Assembly (NCBI GenBank): GCA_965240325.2
Contig: OZ251229.1
Span: 1,054,001 to 1,118,000 of the forward strand
Direction of reading: 5' to 3'
Length of the DNA stretch: 64,000 nt
From: Rebecca billardiae RCC1528
Taxonomy: Eukaryota; Protista; Haptophyta
Shown here: positions 9,608-20,166 of the stretch, one piece after another
Position numbering within the stretch: the first letter of the stretch is position 1
Layout: each line of letters begins with the position of its first letter
Translations under genes and position numbers: made by a program
The notes under the pieces: generated by a model
What the model saw: only the letters and a program-made list of their open reading frames with translations
Database searches by the model: none
Told to the model about the DNA's origin: nothing

Positions 9608-11161
9608 TCACTGCCTGCGACCACCCGTGCCGCCGTCACTCAACGGCGGCGGTGGCGCGTTGGAGGGCGCGGTGCCACCGCCGCCAGTGCCGGCATCTCC
9701 TCCAGTGCCGCCGGTCCCGGCGCCCCCGCCGGTGCCGCCGCCCGCACCTCCGGCCCCACTGCCACCCGTGCCGCCGTCACCCAACGGGGGTGGTGCGCCC
9801 GAGGGGGCGGCGGCACCGCCGCCGGTGCCACCGGTACCAGTGCCGCCGCCGGTGCCGCCGGTGCCAGTGCCGCCGGTGCCGGTGCCGCCGGTGCCGCCGG
9901 TGCCGCCGGTGCCAGTGCCGCCGGTGCCAGTGCCGCCGGTGCCGCCGGTGCCGCCGGTGCCGCCGGTGCCAGTGCCGCCGGTGCCGGTGCCGCCGGTGCC
10001 GCCGGTGCCAGTGCCGCCGGTGCCAGTGCCGCCGGTGCCGCCGGTGCCGGTGCCGGCATCTCCTCCAGTGCCGCCGGTCCCGGCGCCCCCGCCGGTGCCG
10101 CCGCCCGCACCTCCGGCCCCACTGCCACCCGTGCCGCCGTCACCCAACGGGGGTGGTGCGCCCGAGGGGGCGGCGGCACCGCCGCCGGTGCCACCGGTAC
10201 CAGTGCCGCCGCCGGTGCCGCCGGTGCCAGTGCCGCCGGTGCCGGTGCCGCCGGTGCCGCCGGTGCCGCCGGTGCCAGTGCCGCCGGTGCCGGTGCCGCC
10301 GGTGCCGCCGGTGCCAGTGCCGCCGGTGCCAGTGCCGCCGGTGCCGCCGGTGCCGGTGCCGCCGGTGCCGCCGGTGCCGCCGGTGCCGCCGGTGCCAGTG
10401 CCGCCGGTGCCGGTGCCGCCGGTGCCGCCGGTGCCGCCGGTGCCGCCGGTGCCAGTGCCGCTGGTGCCGCCGGTGCCAGTGCCGCCGGTGCCGGTGCCGC
10501 CGGTGCCGCCGGTGCCAGTGCCACCGCTGGTGCCGCCACCGGTGCCGCCGCCGGTGCCGCCGCCGGTGCCGCCGCCCGCACCCCCCGCAGCGCCCCCGCC
10601 ACCCGTGCCGCCATCGTTCAACGGCGGCGGTGGCGCGTGGGAAGGCGCCGTACCAGCGGCACCGCCTGTACCACCGGCACCGCCCGCACCACCGGCACCG
10701 CCCGCACCACCGGCACCGCCCGCACCACCGCCCGTTGGGAAACCGCCCGTGGCTGGCCATCCCCAACCGCCATTGCCACTGGCCAGGGGACCGCCACCGC
10801 CACCGCCAGTGTCGCCAGCCGCGGCGTCGCAGCCTGCGGCAAAGTTGCACTGCATGCGGCAGCACGCGCACAAGCAGTGCATCTTCTCCTCGCCGAAGCC
10901 TTCGACGAATCCCTTGCGCTTGGCACAGTTCTCCTTCTTGGGGCCGCAGCGATGCCAAGCACACGTGCCGCACGCGGCGCCGTAGTTGTGGCCGTCATCT
11001 GGGACGAACTCGAAGCGCTCCGGCTCGACAGCGGCGGCGGAGTGGCGGGAGACCAGGGCGAGGGCGACGATGGCGAGCGCCGTCGCCGCACCCGCGAAGA
11101 TGGCCCAGCCCCGCGCCGGGCGCGTCTTCCCCAGCGTCGGCGAGATCTCGGCGCCGAGCAT
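9608..11161 (-). CDS. Type II membrane/secreted protein: TM anchor, small Cys-rich domain, long (GGT/GT)n Gly-Thr tail with APPPPL motifs
   Basis: TM WAIFAGAATALAIVALALV; 8-Cys segment CGTCAWHRC...CAK...CLCACCRMQC; repeats stay in frame to the stop at 9608. Confidence 0.7.
   Translation of the reverse strand: MLGAEISPTLGKTRPARGWAIFAGAATALAIVALALVSRHSAAAVEPERFEFVPDDGHNYGAACGTCAWHRCGPKKENCAKRKGFVEGFGEEKMHCLCACCRMQCNFAAGCDAAAGDTGGGGGGPLASGNGGWGWPATGGFPTGGGAGGAGGAGGAGGAGGAGGTGGAAGTAPSHAPPPPLNDGGTGGGGAAGGAGGGTGGGTGGGTGGGTSGGTGTGGTGGTGTGGTGTGGTSGTGTGGTGGTGGTGGTGTGGTGTGGTGGTGGTGGTGTGGTGGTGTGGTGTGGTGGTGTGGTGTGGTGGTGGTGTGGTGTGGTGGGTGTGGTGGGAAAPSGAPPPLGDGGTGGSGAGGAGGGTGGGAGTGGTGGDAGTGTGGTGGTGTGGTGTGGTGGTGTGGTGTGGTGGTGGTGGTGTGGTGTGGTGGTGGTGTGGTGTGGTGGGTGTGGTGGGAAAPSGAPPPLGDGGTGGSGAGGAGGGTGGGAGTGGTGGDAGTGGGGTAPSNAPPPPLSDGGTGGRRQ
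9620..10735. repeat. Coding minisatellite (gccggtgcc / gccagt units) containing a 363-bp higher-order tandem duplication
   Basis: The block cggcatctcctccagtgccgccggtcccgg occurs at 9691 and 10054. Confidence 0.9.
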
Positions 11162-11580
11162 GGTGGCGCTGGGTTCTTCGGCCTGCCCGCCGCGCGGTTT
11201 GCGGTGCGAGTCGGCCTTTGAAGATGCAGGCGTGTACGCACCCGCGACTCTCTCGCAAGTCGGTTGCAAGCGACGAGGCCCGCTGGCGCCAGCGCCGCGC
11301 GCCCGTACCCGCTGATCATAATTTCCGCGGGAGCCGCATTCATCAGTTGCCGTTCATAAGCCGATCGGTTATCTCGGCCACAATGAATTGGTTCCTACCA
11401 ATCACGGAGGGAATACTATCCGGCGCCTGCCTGAAGACGTTCTCATGAAAGTCTTCTGCGGTATGATAAAATTGCGATTCGTCGGCCCTGTGATCTCCGG
11501 CGATCTCAACGCTCCGGGTTCCCCGGAGAGCGGCACGCCGCACGCGGTCGCGGGCACGCGGGCATTTAGCAGGATCCAAC

Positions 11581-12686
11581 CAAGGGAGGTCCGGGCCGGG
11601 AGCTCCCAGCGAGCGGCCAGCGCGACATCACCTCAAGGTTTTTCCTGAGCGCCGGGCGGCAGCGGCGGCGAGGGCGGTGCTCCGCTGGCGGGGCGCGCAC
11701 GGGGCACGGCGCTGCGGGCGCGGATGTGTCCGCAGAGCCGGCGCGTGCGGACGGGCTGTTGCGGGAGAGCATCTGGCGCCCTCCTGCGCCGCGCGCATTG
11801 CGCCACGCCTCTTTCGCCTTGACTCAGGGCAGCGCGCACATGCGCGCTGCGTCAAGGCCAGCCTTGCCGCGCCGCAGCCGACCGCACGCGCGCCGTGCGC
11901 GGCGTGGTCGGGAAGGAACGGGCGCGGCTGCCGGGCGAGATGGCGACATCACGTGCGCACGCCATGTCGTCCCGCGGCGCCGCGAAAGGGCGCGATAACG
12001 GATCCGCACAGCTGTTGACGAGTGCTGATTTCTTGCCGTGCCTGAAGCCAGACCTGAGCTCGAAAAAGATGATGAAAGTGCATCAGCGCGAGGAAAGCGT
12101 CGCACCCAGCACTTCTACATGGCCACGTGGTGATGGACATTCATGTAAGAGTAGTCCGCGTGCCCGTCTGGCACTGTTCTGTGTCTCAATGATCGTCCCG
12201 ACAAGGGTCGCGACCGCGAGGCCGTGCAGACCATTTGAGACAACTCGAAGAGGCGTGCAAACGGACCGGCGACACGCTCGTCAAGGCGTGGCGGGGCGGC
12301 ATGGCGTGCGCACGTGATGTCGCCATCTCGCCCGGCAGCCACGCCCGTTCCTTCCCGACCACGCCGCGCACGGCGCGCGCGCGGTCGGCTGCGGCGCGGC
12401 AAGGCTGGCCTTGACGCGGCGCGCATGTGCGCGCTGCCCTGAGTCAAGGCGAAAGAGGCGTGGCGCAATGCGCGCGGCGCAGGAGGGCGCCAGATGCTCT
12501 CCCGCAACAGCCCGTCCGCACGCGCCGGCTCTGCGGGCACATCCGCGCCCGCAGCGCCGTGCCCCGTGCGCGCCCCGCCAGCGGAGCACCGCCCTCGCCG
12601 CCGCTGCCGCCCGGCGCTCAGGAAAAAACCTTGAGGTGATGTCGCGCTGGCCGCTCGCTGGGAGCTCCCGGCCCGGACCTCCCTTG
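11581..12686. mobile_element. Non-autonomous foldback DNA transposon: ~386-bp TIRs, CAAGG termini, 7-bp TSD ATCCAAC (P/Galileo-like)
   Basis: Arms 11581-11966 and 12300-12686 are near-perfect reverse complements. ATCCAAC lies at 11574-11580 and 12687-12693. Confidence 0.9.
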
Positions 12687-12697
12687 ATCCAACAACG

Positions 12698-13843
12698 ATG
12701 GCGGACCGCTCGAGACTGTACATGCACGTGCATGTACCGAAGACGGCGGGGACGACAGTGTCCAACATCCTGCTGGCGACTCTGTGCGTGCCAGACCCGG
12801 TCGATATCACCGGTCGAGTGCCAGATCACCAGTGGGGCGAGCACTGCGCGCACTCCTGTCCGGCAGCGCTCGTGGACACAGAGCTGTCGTGCCTGCCGCA
12901 GTCACCGTACGAGCAGCGCACGACCGCCGGTGCGGACTACATCCTCGCGAGGACGGAGCACACGTCATTCGAGCGCTCGCAAACGCGTGCGCACGCGTTG
13001 GCGCGCCGCTTCAACACGACACGCGTGACGTACATCACCACGCTCCGCTCGGGCAGCGCGCGCACCGTCTCGCACTGGTCACACTGCATCGATGACGCGC
13101 TCCAGAAGCGTTCCACGCGCTGCATCCTCGGCGGTTACCCGGTGACCACGCGCCGGACGCCAGCGTCGCTCGCCGTCTTCATGCGAGAGCGCGGCCACCG
13201 ATGGCAGCCTTGGTGCACGCGCTGCCTGCCCTACCTCTTCGGCACAGGCCAGCCGAGGCCAGCGTTTCGCCAGCTGCGCAGCAGCGGCGGTACCGGCTTC
13301 CCCGGCGCGCCGGCATGGCACGATGGCCGAGCAGCTCGGCCGAGCGGGGCTGGGTTTGCGCGCGCGGGTGGGCTCGGCAACCTCGCCCAGTGCGACCAGT
13401 GCCCCCGCGCGCTCTGGAACTACATTCGGCCTTGCAACCAGCAGGTGGGCCAGCTCGCTTCTGTGCACGCCGTCGCGCACGTGACGCGCGCACATCTCGC
13501 TCAGGCCAAGGCCGTTCTGCTCGGCCAGGACTTCGTCGTAGGGTTCACAGACTGCCTTCCTGATCTGCATGCGCATCTGACGCAGCTGCGGCGTGTCGCG
13601 CATGGGCTCCAGACGCGCGCGCGCGCCGCCCCTGTCGTCTTGCCGCACGTGGAGCACCGGACTCGCTCGGGGGTGCAGCTCGATCCCGGGCTGCGAGCGC
13701 AGCTCGACTCGTGCAATGCACTCGACAACGAGCTCTGGCTGTGGGCGCTGAATCGAAGTGCATCCGGAGACCAGCGCTTCCTCCCAAGCGAGTGCACTCG
13801 CAGGCTTTACGCGGCCCACGCGGCGCGGAACTGGAAGTTGTAG
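12698..13843 (+). CDS. Sulfotransferase family 2-like protein
   Basis: 5'-PSB-like HVHVPKTAGTTV, 3'-PB-like YITTLRSGSARTVSHW, FVVGFTD, NALDNELW. Confidence 0.75.
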   Translation: MADRSRLYMHVHVPKTAGTTVSNILLATLCVPDPVDITGRVPDHQWGEHCAHSCPAALVDTELSCLPQSPYEQRTTAGADYILARTEHTSFERSQTRAHALARRFNTTRVTYITTLRSGSARTVSHWSHCIDDALQKRSTRCILGGYPVTTRRTPASLAVFMRERGHRWQPWCTRCLPYLFGTGQPRPAFRQLRSSGGTGFPGAPAWHDGRAARPSGAGFARAGGLGNLAQCDQCPRALWNYIRPCNQQVGQLASVHAVAHVTRAHLAQAKAVLLGQDFVVGFTDCLPDLHAHLTQLRRVAHGLQTRARAAPVVLPHVEHRTRSGVQLDPGLRAQLDSCNALDNELWLWALNRSASGDQRFLPSECTRRLYAAHAARNWKL

Positions 13844-14083
13844 AGTGTCCTCTCGGACCGCCAGCTGGTGCCCAGGGGCGGCGGGGCGGCCCACGGGCCC
13901 TGGGCCGCCGCGCGTCGGGCCCGCAGCCTGAGCCTGTCTGTTAGACCTTCGCTGGGCAGCAGATCGACTGTCGACCCGGCGACCTTGGTATACATCTAGA
14001 CCGACGTCACTGCGACTACATACTGAGTTTATTCTGAGATTGTCAACGACTCGGCAAGGCCACTATTCACTAGGCCGCGCGGC

Positions 14084-14394
14084 ACCCCGCACCGGCCCGG
14101 GCGACCACATCCACTACCTGCACTACGGCATCGATCAATAACTTGAACAGCCTCTGACGACGACGTACGCGGGCAACTACATGATGACCAAGGCCGACGA
14201 CGACTGCAAAAACAGCGGCATCCCTGGGCGCCTACTACCTCAGTGACCGTGTGATCAGCATCGGTTACGACGACTCCCTCACCCGCGGCCAACGCGCTCC
14301 GACGACATCCTCCATCAACTCCATTCAGTACTTCGACAGACGAATCAGGAGAGCTGCGCCCTCGTGCCTGTGTCTTTAAATCATAGAATTAGTA
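14084..14394 (+). repeat. Dispersed repeat (decayed coding-like fragment); inverted homolog of 39392-39690
   Basis: Shared blocks: tacatgatgaccaagg, cagcggcatccctggg, gtgatcagcatcgg, cctcacccgcggccaacgcgctc, cagtacttcgacagacgaatc, cctgtgtctttaaatcatagaatt. Confidence 0.85.
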
Positions 14395-15076
14395 AGAGAG
14401 AGGAAGAGAGAGGGACCCACTGTCTGAGAGGGAGAGAGAGAGATCAGACAGTCTGAGAGATCTGACCCGGTCATTGCCCGACATCGGCGCAGTGCGCGCG
14501 AGGCGGTTCGTCGAGTCGTCGAGTGGGCCGCCCCGGCAGCGGCCAGTGAGTGCGGCAGTCGCGGTGCTGTGCACAGTGCAGCCCGCCCGCGCGGGCCGGC
14601 GGAGGATTCCGCGTCCGCGGCGTCAGTAGCCGCGGGGCCGTCCGTGACAAGGCTGACAACTGACACCCCCGCCCGTGACCCCGGCCCGGCGGCTTAGTCT
14701 GTGACTCAGACTAGTGAGTCTGACTCAGATCATCGAGTCAGACTCAGTCAGTCAGTCGATCGTAGTAGTCACTAGCTTAGTACTACTGATGTAGTATCTT
14801 AGTCAGTCTAAGACTCATGTTCTATATCATAAGCAATCAGGCACGGGCCTATACTCTAATAGAGGCCCGTGCCTAAATAAGCAGCATCGTCTGAGTTATT
14901 TATTATATATATATATATATGATATACGACGTACGTAGTGATGAGACTATGATGATGAATTCAGGCACGCGCACGCACGGTCACTCGGTCAGTAGTCACG
15001 AGATATGATGCTAGTAGGTACTTATCTATATTGACTAGTTAGATGAGACGGTGGCCAGTCCAGGCTGGCTGCTGGC

Positions 15077-15652
15077 TCATCGCAGCTGGCCCGTCGGTGT
15101 GGCCGCGGGCGTGGCAATGGGTGACGCCGGGTCGCTGACGGACTTGATTGCGTCCAGCCGCTCGCGCCACGAGGGGGAGAGGCCGGACTTGCGCGCGCCT
15201 TCTCGGATGAGGTCCAGATAGCGTCGAGAAGGGCGAAGATCGATCAGCTGCTCGATGATTCGGCCTGGTCCCTTTGCGCGGAAGGCGCACGCCCCTGTGA
15301 ACCGCCCGCTGTACGTCTCGCATGGCACGCTGACCAAGTCATAGGCGAACGGCACACCTTCGCTCGCGCAAAGACGAACAAGCTGTCCAATTGTGAGCGT
15401 GTACAGGACACCGTGACACTCGTCGATCTCGCGCCCCTTTGTCGGCTCAATGGAAGCGAACGCTGGCTCGCTGCCAGCGCCGAGCGCAGTGAACGCGAGG
15501 CGATGCTCGCGAACCAGGGCCGGCTCCCACCTGACCGGCGTGCTGCCGATGCGCGCGCGCATCACGTTCGGGTCGACGTTCGATCCGATGCCGAGGTATT
15601 TCACGGTAGGCGAGCCCAGGATCGCCAGCACGAGCGCCGTGGACGTGAGCAT
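15077..15652 (-). CDS. Gamma-glutamylcyclotransferase (GGCT/AIG2-like) protein with signal peptide
   Basis: YLGIGSN, HRLAF, HGVLYTL, SEG..Y, RPSRRYLDLIREGA; N-terminus MLTSTALVLAILG. Confidence 0.8.
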   Translation of the reverse strand: MLTSTALVLAILGSPTVKYLGIGSNVDPNVMRARIGSTPVRWEPALVREHRLAFTALGAGSEPAFASIEPTKGREIDECHGVLYTLTIGQLVRLCASEGVPFAYDLVSVPCETYSGRFTGACAFRAKGPGRIIEQLIDLRPSRRYLDLIREGARKSGLSPSWRERLDAIKSVSDPASPIATPAATPTGQLR

Positions 15653-15900
15653 GGTGATCGACGCGGACACGGGAGTAGACTGTCGGCGGAGCTTCTGGAA
15701 GACTGCTAGGGGAAGTTGCCAACGGCGAGTGCGAACCGAGACCAAACCGGAGGGGATTCCATTATTCCCACGGCTGGGAGTCCGGGGCTCCGGGCGGGAA
15801 AGCCTGAAGAGCACGATGGCGGGCATGCCACGCCGACGAGGGTGAGAACCAAGAGAAACCAACGCATCCTGTGTACGAGTACGAGTGCGAGTGTACGACC

Positions 15901-17136
15901 ATGGTCGTGTGCAAAGTCGTCTTCGTGGGCTTTGCCCTTGTCGCGCTGCTGCTTTGGGCGATGCCGTCCCCCCCACGCTCCGCGCCGAGGACGAGTCTCA
16001 CCGCCTCTCGCGCGAGGCAGCTGGCCGTCGCCGGCACACAGCGCTGGCAGCGGGGCGGGGCGGCCTCGATTGCCTCCGCTGGAGAGGGCGTTCGAGTCCA
16101 CGACTCGACACTGATGCCAGCAGCGAGCACAACCACACGGTCGAAGAGCCCGCTCTACGCCCGGGAGGCGGCGGAGTGGGCGGCGTTCGAGCGCGAGCAG
16201 CCCGCAGACAGCGTGCTGATCCAGGCGCTGCGTCCGGTGCTGGAGAGGGTCGCCAACAACCGCTCCGAGGTGATGCTGGGTATCGCGAATGACGTGATGA
16301 TGTGCACCAACCCGCGCACGTGCTGGTGGAACGGTGGCAACATCCTCGCATCGTTCATCGACGTCAACAGGCGGGTGGGCATTTCAAACTACGTCATCAT
16401 CGCCCTTGATGACGCGGTGGCCACGTACTGCCGCGAGCATGGTGCGCCGCACGTGCGCGTCGAGCTCGAGGTGCCGGGCGCGCAGAAGGGCTCGCGCGGC
16501 GCGAATATGATCAGCACACTCAAGTACGAGATGCTTGGCGACGTGCTGCTCCTTGGCTACTCGGTGCTGGTCGTCGACCTTGACGTCGCGTTCCTCCGGG
16601 ACCCGTTTGCGCACCTTCACCGCGACGCCGAGCTGGAGGGCTCGAGCGACGGTTTCACAAGGGACTGGACAGGTGGGAAGCTCGGCTCGATCAGCGACAA
16701 GAGCATGGGCTGGGGCGGCGGCGGGCTGTACGTGCAAGTATTCACGCTGAACGTCGGCTGCGTCTTCGTCCAGCCCTCGCCGCGCACAGTGGCGCTCATG
16801 CGCGGCGTCGGCGCGCGGCTCAAGAGGGCGGCGGCATGGGACCAGCAGGTATTCAACGAGGAGCTGTGGTTCCCGGCGTACAGTGAGCGCGCGTCGTATC
16901 GCGTGACCATCCGCGTGATGGACCACCTGATGTGGTGCAATTCGAAGACTTTCTTCAAGAGCGAGCGCCGGCGCTTCCTGCCCGGCAGCACTGCGACGGC
17001 ACCCATGCCGGTGATGGTGCACACCAACTACCACCCGGACAAGCACAAGCGCATGCTCTGCGTGATTGCGCGCTACCTCGACGGCCAGGTGGATGCGTGC
17101 GACGGCTTCCCGGGCGGCAGCGCCCCAGGCACGTGA
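15901..17136 (+). CDS. Nucleotide-diphospho-sugar transferase, GT77 family (RRA arabinosyltransferase-like)
   Basis: Type II anchor; LGYSVLVVDLDVAFLRDPF (DxD), WDQQVFNEELW, NSKTFFK, VHTNYHPDK. Confidence 0.85.
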   Translation: MVVCKVVFVGFALVALLLWAMPSPPRSAPRTSLTASRARQLAVAGTQRWQRGGAASIASAGEGVRVHDSTLMPAASTTTRSKSPLYAREAAEWAAFEREQPADSVLIQALRPVLERVANNRSEVMLGIANDVMMCTNPRTCWWNGGNILASFIDVNRRVGISNYVIIALDDAVATYCREHGAPHVRVELEVPGAQKGSRGANMISTLKYEMLGDVLLLGYSVLVVDLDVAFLRDPFAHLHRDAELEGSSDGFTRDWTGGKLGSISDKSMGWGGGGLYVQVFTLNVGCVFVQPSPRTVALMRGVGARLKRAAAWDQQVFNEELWFPAYSERASYRVTIRVMDHLMWCNSKTFFKSERRRFLPGSTATAPMPVMVHTNYHPDKHKRMLCVIARYLDGQVDACDGFPGGSAPGT

Positions 17137-17610
17137 CTCGTGAGCATTGCGCGTGCGCTGACATGCCCGCCGATCCGGGTCATGCCAGACATGCTGGGGG
17201 TGAATCATCATGCCCAAACAAACGCCACCGGGTCGTCGTCGGAGGGGCCCGCCTTTTGAACTGCGTACAGTATAACGTACCTAATAACTACGGCCCAGCA
17301 GCATGAGCAGGGTCCTGAGGCTGAGCCTGAGGCCTGACAGTCCGACTGTCCGAGGTGCCCCCGGACCCGGACCCGGTGTCGCCGGTCGCGGTGACGCGGA
17401 CGGGCGCCGCGGACTCCGCGGCCAGGCCCGGAACTCAGTCCAAGTGTGACTGGCGGCAAGCCCGGGTAGCAGCGTTGCCTTCGTCAGCGACGAGGCGCAC
17501 ACGCCCATGCTGATGGTCACTGGCATCACGGCATCACCGCCGCGGCCGCTACCCATGGTGGGGTCCGCTGCTGAGTGTCTGGTCCAAACTGGATACTGGA
17601 GCGCCGACCG

Positions 17611-18369
17611 TCACACGTCACCCTCAAGGTCGTCCGAGGCCGCAGCCGTGACCACATCTGGCCCGTCATGCCTCGTGTTGGCGTCGTCGTCTGCGCCATC
17701 GTCGGTCGTTCCTGCGCCCCCTCGCTCGTCGTCGTTCTCGGCATCGTCGTCGTCATCGTCGCCATCGCTACCGTCCGCGTCTGCAAGGCCCAGCTTCTCC
17801 AGCTGTGCGTCGTGAATGATCTGCAGCACGCGCTGCTGCACGTGCACCGCGCTCATCCCAACGTCAGCGCCGCCCATCACGGCGAACTGCTTGGGCTTGC
17901 GCCTCGCCCCACCCCGGTTATTTTCTGGTGCCGCATCCGAATCCGAGCGCGCGCCCGCCTCGTCCAGGCCGCCGTCCTCGTCAGCGCCCTCGTCGTCGCT
18001 CTCGTCCGCGCTCAGAAAGAGCTGCACGTTTGGCAGGCCCTGCGTGAGGATGCCCAGGTGCTTGGCGAGCTCCATCCCAGCGTTCGTGCCCACGCTGACG
18101 GTCGCGAAGCGCAGCTGGTGGGCCCATGGCCGCGACGTCAGCTCCTTCCACACCGGTCGGAACGCCTGACACGAAGAGCACTTGGGGTCGAAGAACTCGA
18201 CCAGCCATGACTCGCCGGAGCGGACGATCAGCTTGAGGAAGCGCTCCTCCGTGTCGATGCTCACAGCGGCGTGGATCGCCTGCTGGTTGACGCGGAACGA
18301 CGTGTACAAGGTGGGCACGAGCACGAACAGGGCGACCGTCGCGTACACCAGTCGCCGCCGCACACGCAT
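17611..18369 (-). CDS. Membrane-anchored thioredoxin-domain protein (CSSC) with acidic tail
   Basis: WLVEFFDPKCSSCQAFRPVW, GLPNV (cis-Pro loop), N-terminal TM. Confidence 0.8.
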   Translation of the reverse strand: MRVRRRLVYATVALFVLVPTLYTSFRVNQQAIHAAVSIDTEERFLKLIVRSGESWLVEFFDPKCSSCQAFRPVWKELTSRPWAHQLRFATVSVGTNAGMELAKHLGILTQGLPNVQLFLSADESDDEGADEDGGLDEAGARSDSDAAPENNRGGARRKPKQFAVMGGADVGMSAVHVQQRVLQIIHDAQLEKLGLADADGSDGDDDDDDAENDDERGGAGTTDDGADDDANTRHDGPDVVTAAASDDLEGDV

Positions 18370-18533
18370 CAGGACCAAACCGTCGACGCACGATGGTCGA
18401 TGTGGGCCGCCGCGCGCCAGCCGCCTTCTTGGGCACGACCTGCCAATTGCTGGCAATATATTGCGGCTTTTATAGATATGCGCGTCGTCATTTTATTTGT
18501 AACTACAGTTCCGCGGGCGGTGTTCTACGACGA

Positions 18534-20095
18534 TCACAATCCCGCTGCTGTTGGAGCGACCACGCCGCGCGGGCCGCCATGCCGCGGCAGCACGCGGTCA
18601 GCCCACGTGAACGCGTCGTCGCCGAGGAGCCCCGCGAGCTGCGCATTCGACTCCCGGTAGAAGTCATCGACGAGCGCGCGCGTCTCGTCCTTCATGCGCG
18701 GGATCTCCGTCCAGTTGCGCACGCGATTGCGGCCGTTGAGCGCGATCGGCTTGTCGAGGATCCGCGCCCAGCCGGCCTCGCTCGCGGGCTCGGGCAGGCC
18801 GACGTGGGCGAAGACGCGGCGGAGCGCCTCGCGCGTGCGCGTGGTGTAGTCCTCCGTGCGCAGCACGAGCAGCATCTCCCGCCCGAACACGCCCAGCCAC
18901 ACCCGGAAGAAGGGCGCGTACAAGCCCTTGGCGTGCTGGTCGCAGTGGTAGAACACCTGCTCAAAGCGCCGCTCGAGCGACTCGAACCGCAGCGCGCACG
19001 CGTCCACGCCGTGCGCGCCGACGCACGCGGCGAAGTGCCCGGCCATCTCGGTGTGGTACGCGTGGAAGCCGTCCGCGCTCGCGCCGAACCGCTTCTTGTA
19101 GTGCGGATAGTGCCAGAACGCCGCGTACAGGCGGTCGGCCGGGTTGCGCACGAGCGCCAGCAGCCGAGCGCGCTCGCCCTGCACCGCGCGCAGCAGGTGC
19201 GGCACCTCGAGCGGGGCGCCCGCGCGCGCCGCGAGCGCGCGGTCGAGCGCGTGCGCGGTGGGCATGTACGCCTGCATGCACGCGTTGAAGAGCGCGTCGC
19301 CGCCCGGCGCGCGCGAGCGGTTTGCGTTGCACGCCTGCCACCGCCTGCCCATCGAACTGATGTACGGCTGGTGCAGCCGCTCCGAGTGCGTCCACTGCGC
19401 CACCCGGCGCGCGCGGGCGGCGGCGCGTCAGGAGGGGGGGGTGCGCACTCCGCGGGGACGCAGCGCCGCGGCGCGCGCGCGCGGCGCGTGCGGGCGCATG
19501 CCACGTCGCGTCTGCGCGGATGAGCCGCCCTTGCGCGCACCGTGAGAGTGAGCATGCCCGCACTCCCCTCGCCCGTGATCCGCTCGGCGGGGGCCTCAGC
19601 GATGCGCGCGGCCGCCTTGGAGAAGACGCGCACGTACTCCGGCCACTTGTGGTTCTGCTCGAAGTAGAAGGAGGGCGAGCCGTGCAGCGGCGGGACGAAC
19701 AGCTCGTGCGCGCTCAGCCGTGAGAAGAGGTCAGACGCGCCGCACTGGTACGCGCCCAGCACGTGCACGAGCGGCACGCAGCGCAGCGTGCCGTCGCTCG
19801 GCGCGCGCCAGCAGGGGTTGCGGAAGCCGTCCAGGAAGTGCGCCGGCGCCGCGTCCGCCGAAGTATTGTCGAACATCTCGGGGACATACGTGGCGGCCGC
19901 CGCGCGCAGCGCCTCGCGGGTGAGCACCGGCACGCCACCTGTGTGCGGCGGCGTGGTCGTCGCGATGACGTGCCTCGGGACCGTGGAAGACGACGGGCGG
20001 AGCAGGCCGGCGGAGAGAAGGAGCACGAGACCAAGCGTGAACGGGATGCACACGAAAGGCTGCAGCACCAGCCGCGGCTCGCGTCGTTGCTGCAT
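18534..20095 (-). CDS. Carbohydrate sulfotransferase (CHST15/GalNAc4S-6ST-like); 2 exons, intron 19395-19540
   Basis: FRNPCW...LRCVP.VHVLGAYQCGASDLFSRL, LVRNPADRLYAAFW, GLYAPF..VWL..F, LVLRTEDY, DFYRESNAQLAGLLGD. The GT-AG intron joins LTLT|WTHS. Confidence 0.85.
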
Positions 20096-20166
20096 CGCGT
20101 CACGCCCTCGCGGGCACCAGCAAAGACGATGGCGGTCGGTCCGCCCCCCGGCCCGGACTCTACACG

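Noticed and set aside
9507-11448. Pro/Val-rich and Cys/Arg-rich plus-strand ORFs
   Set aside because: Alternative readings of the Gly/Thr minisatellite; only the minus frame has a TM anchor and a non-repetitive domain.
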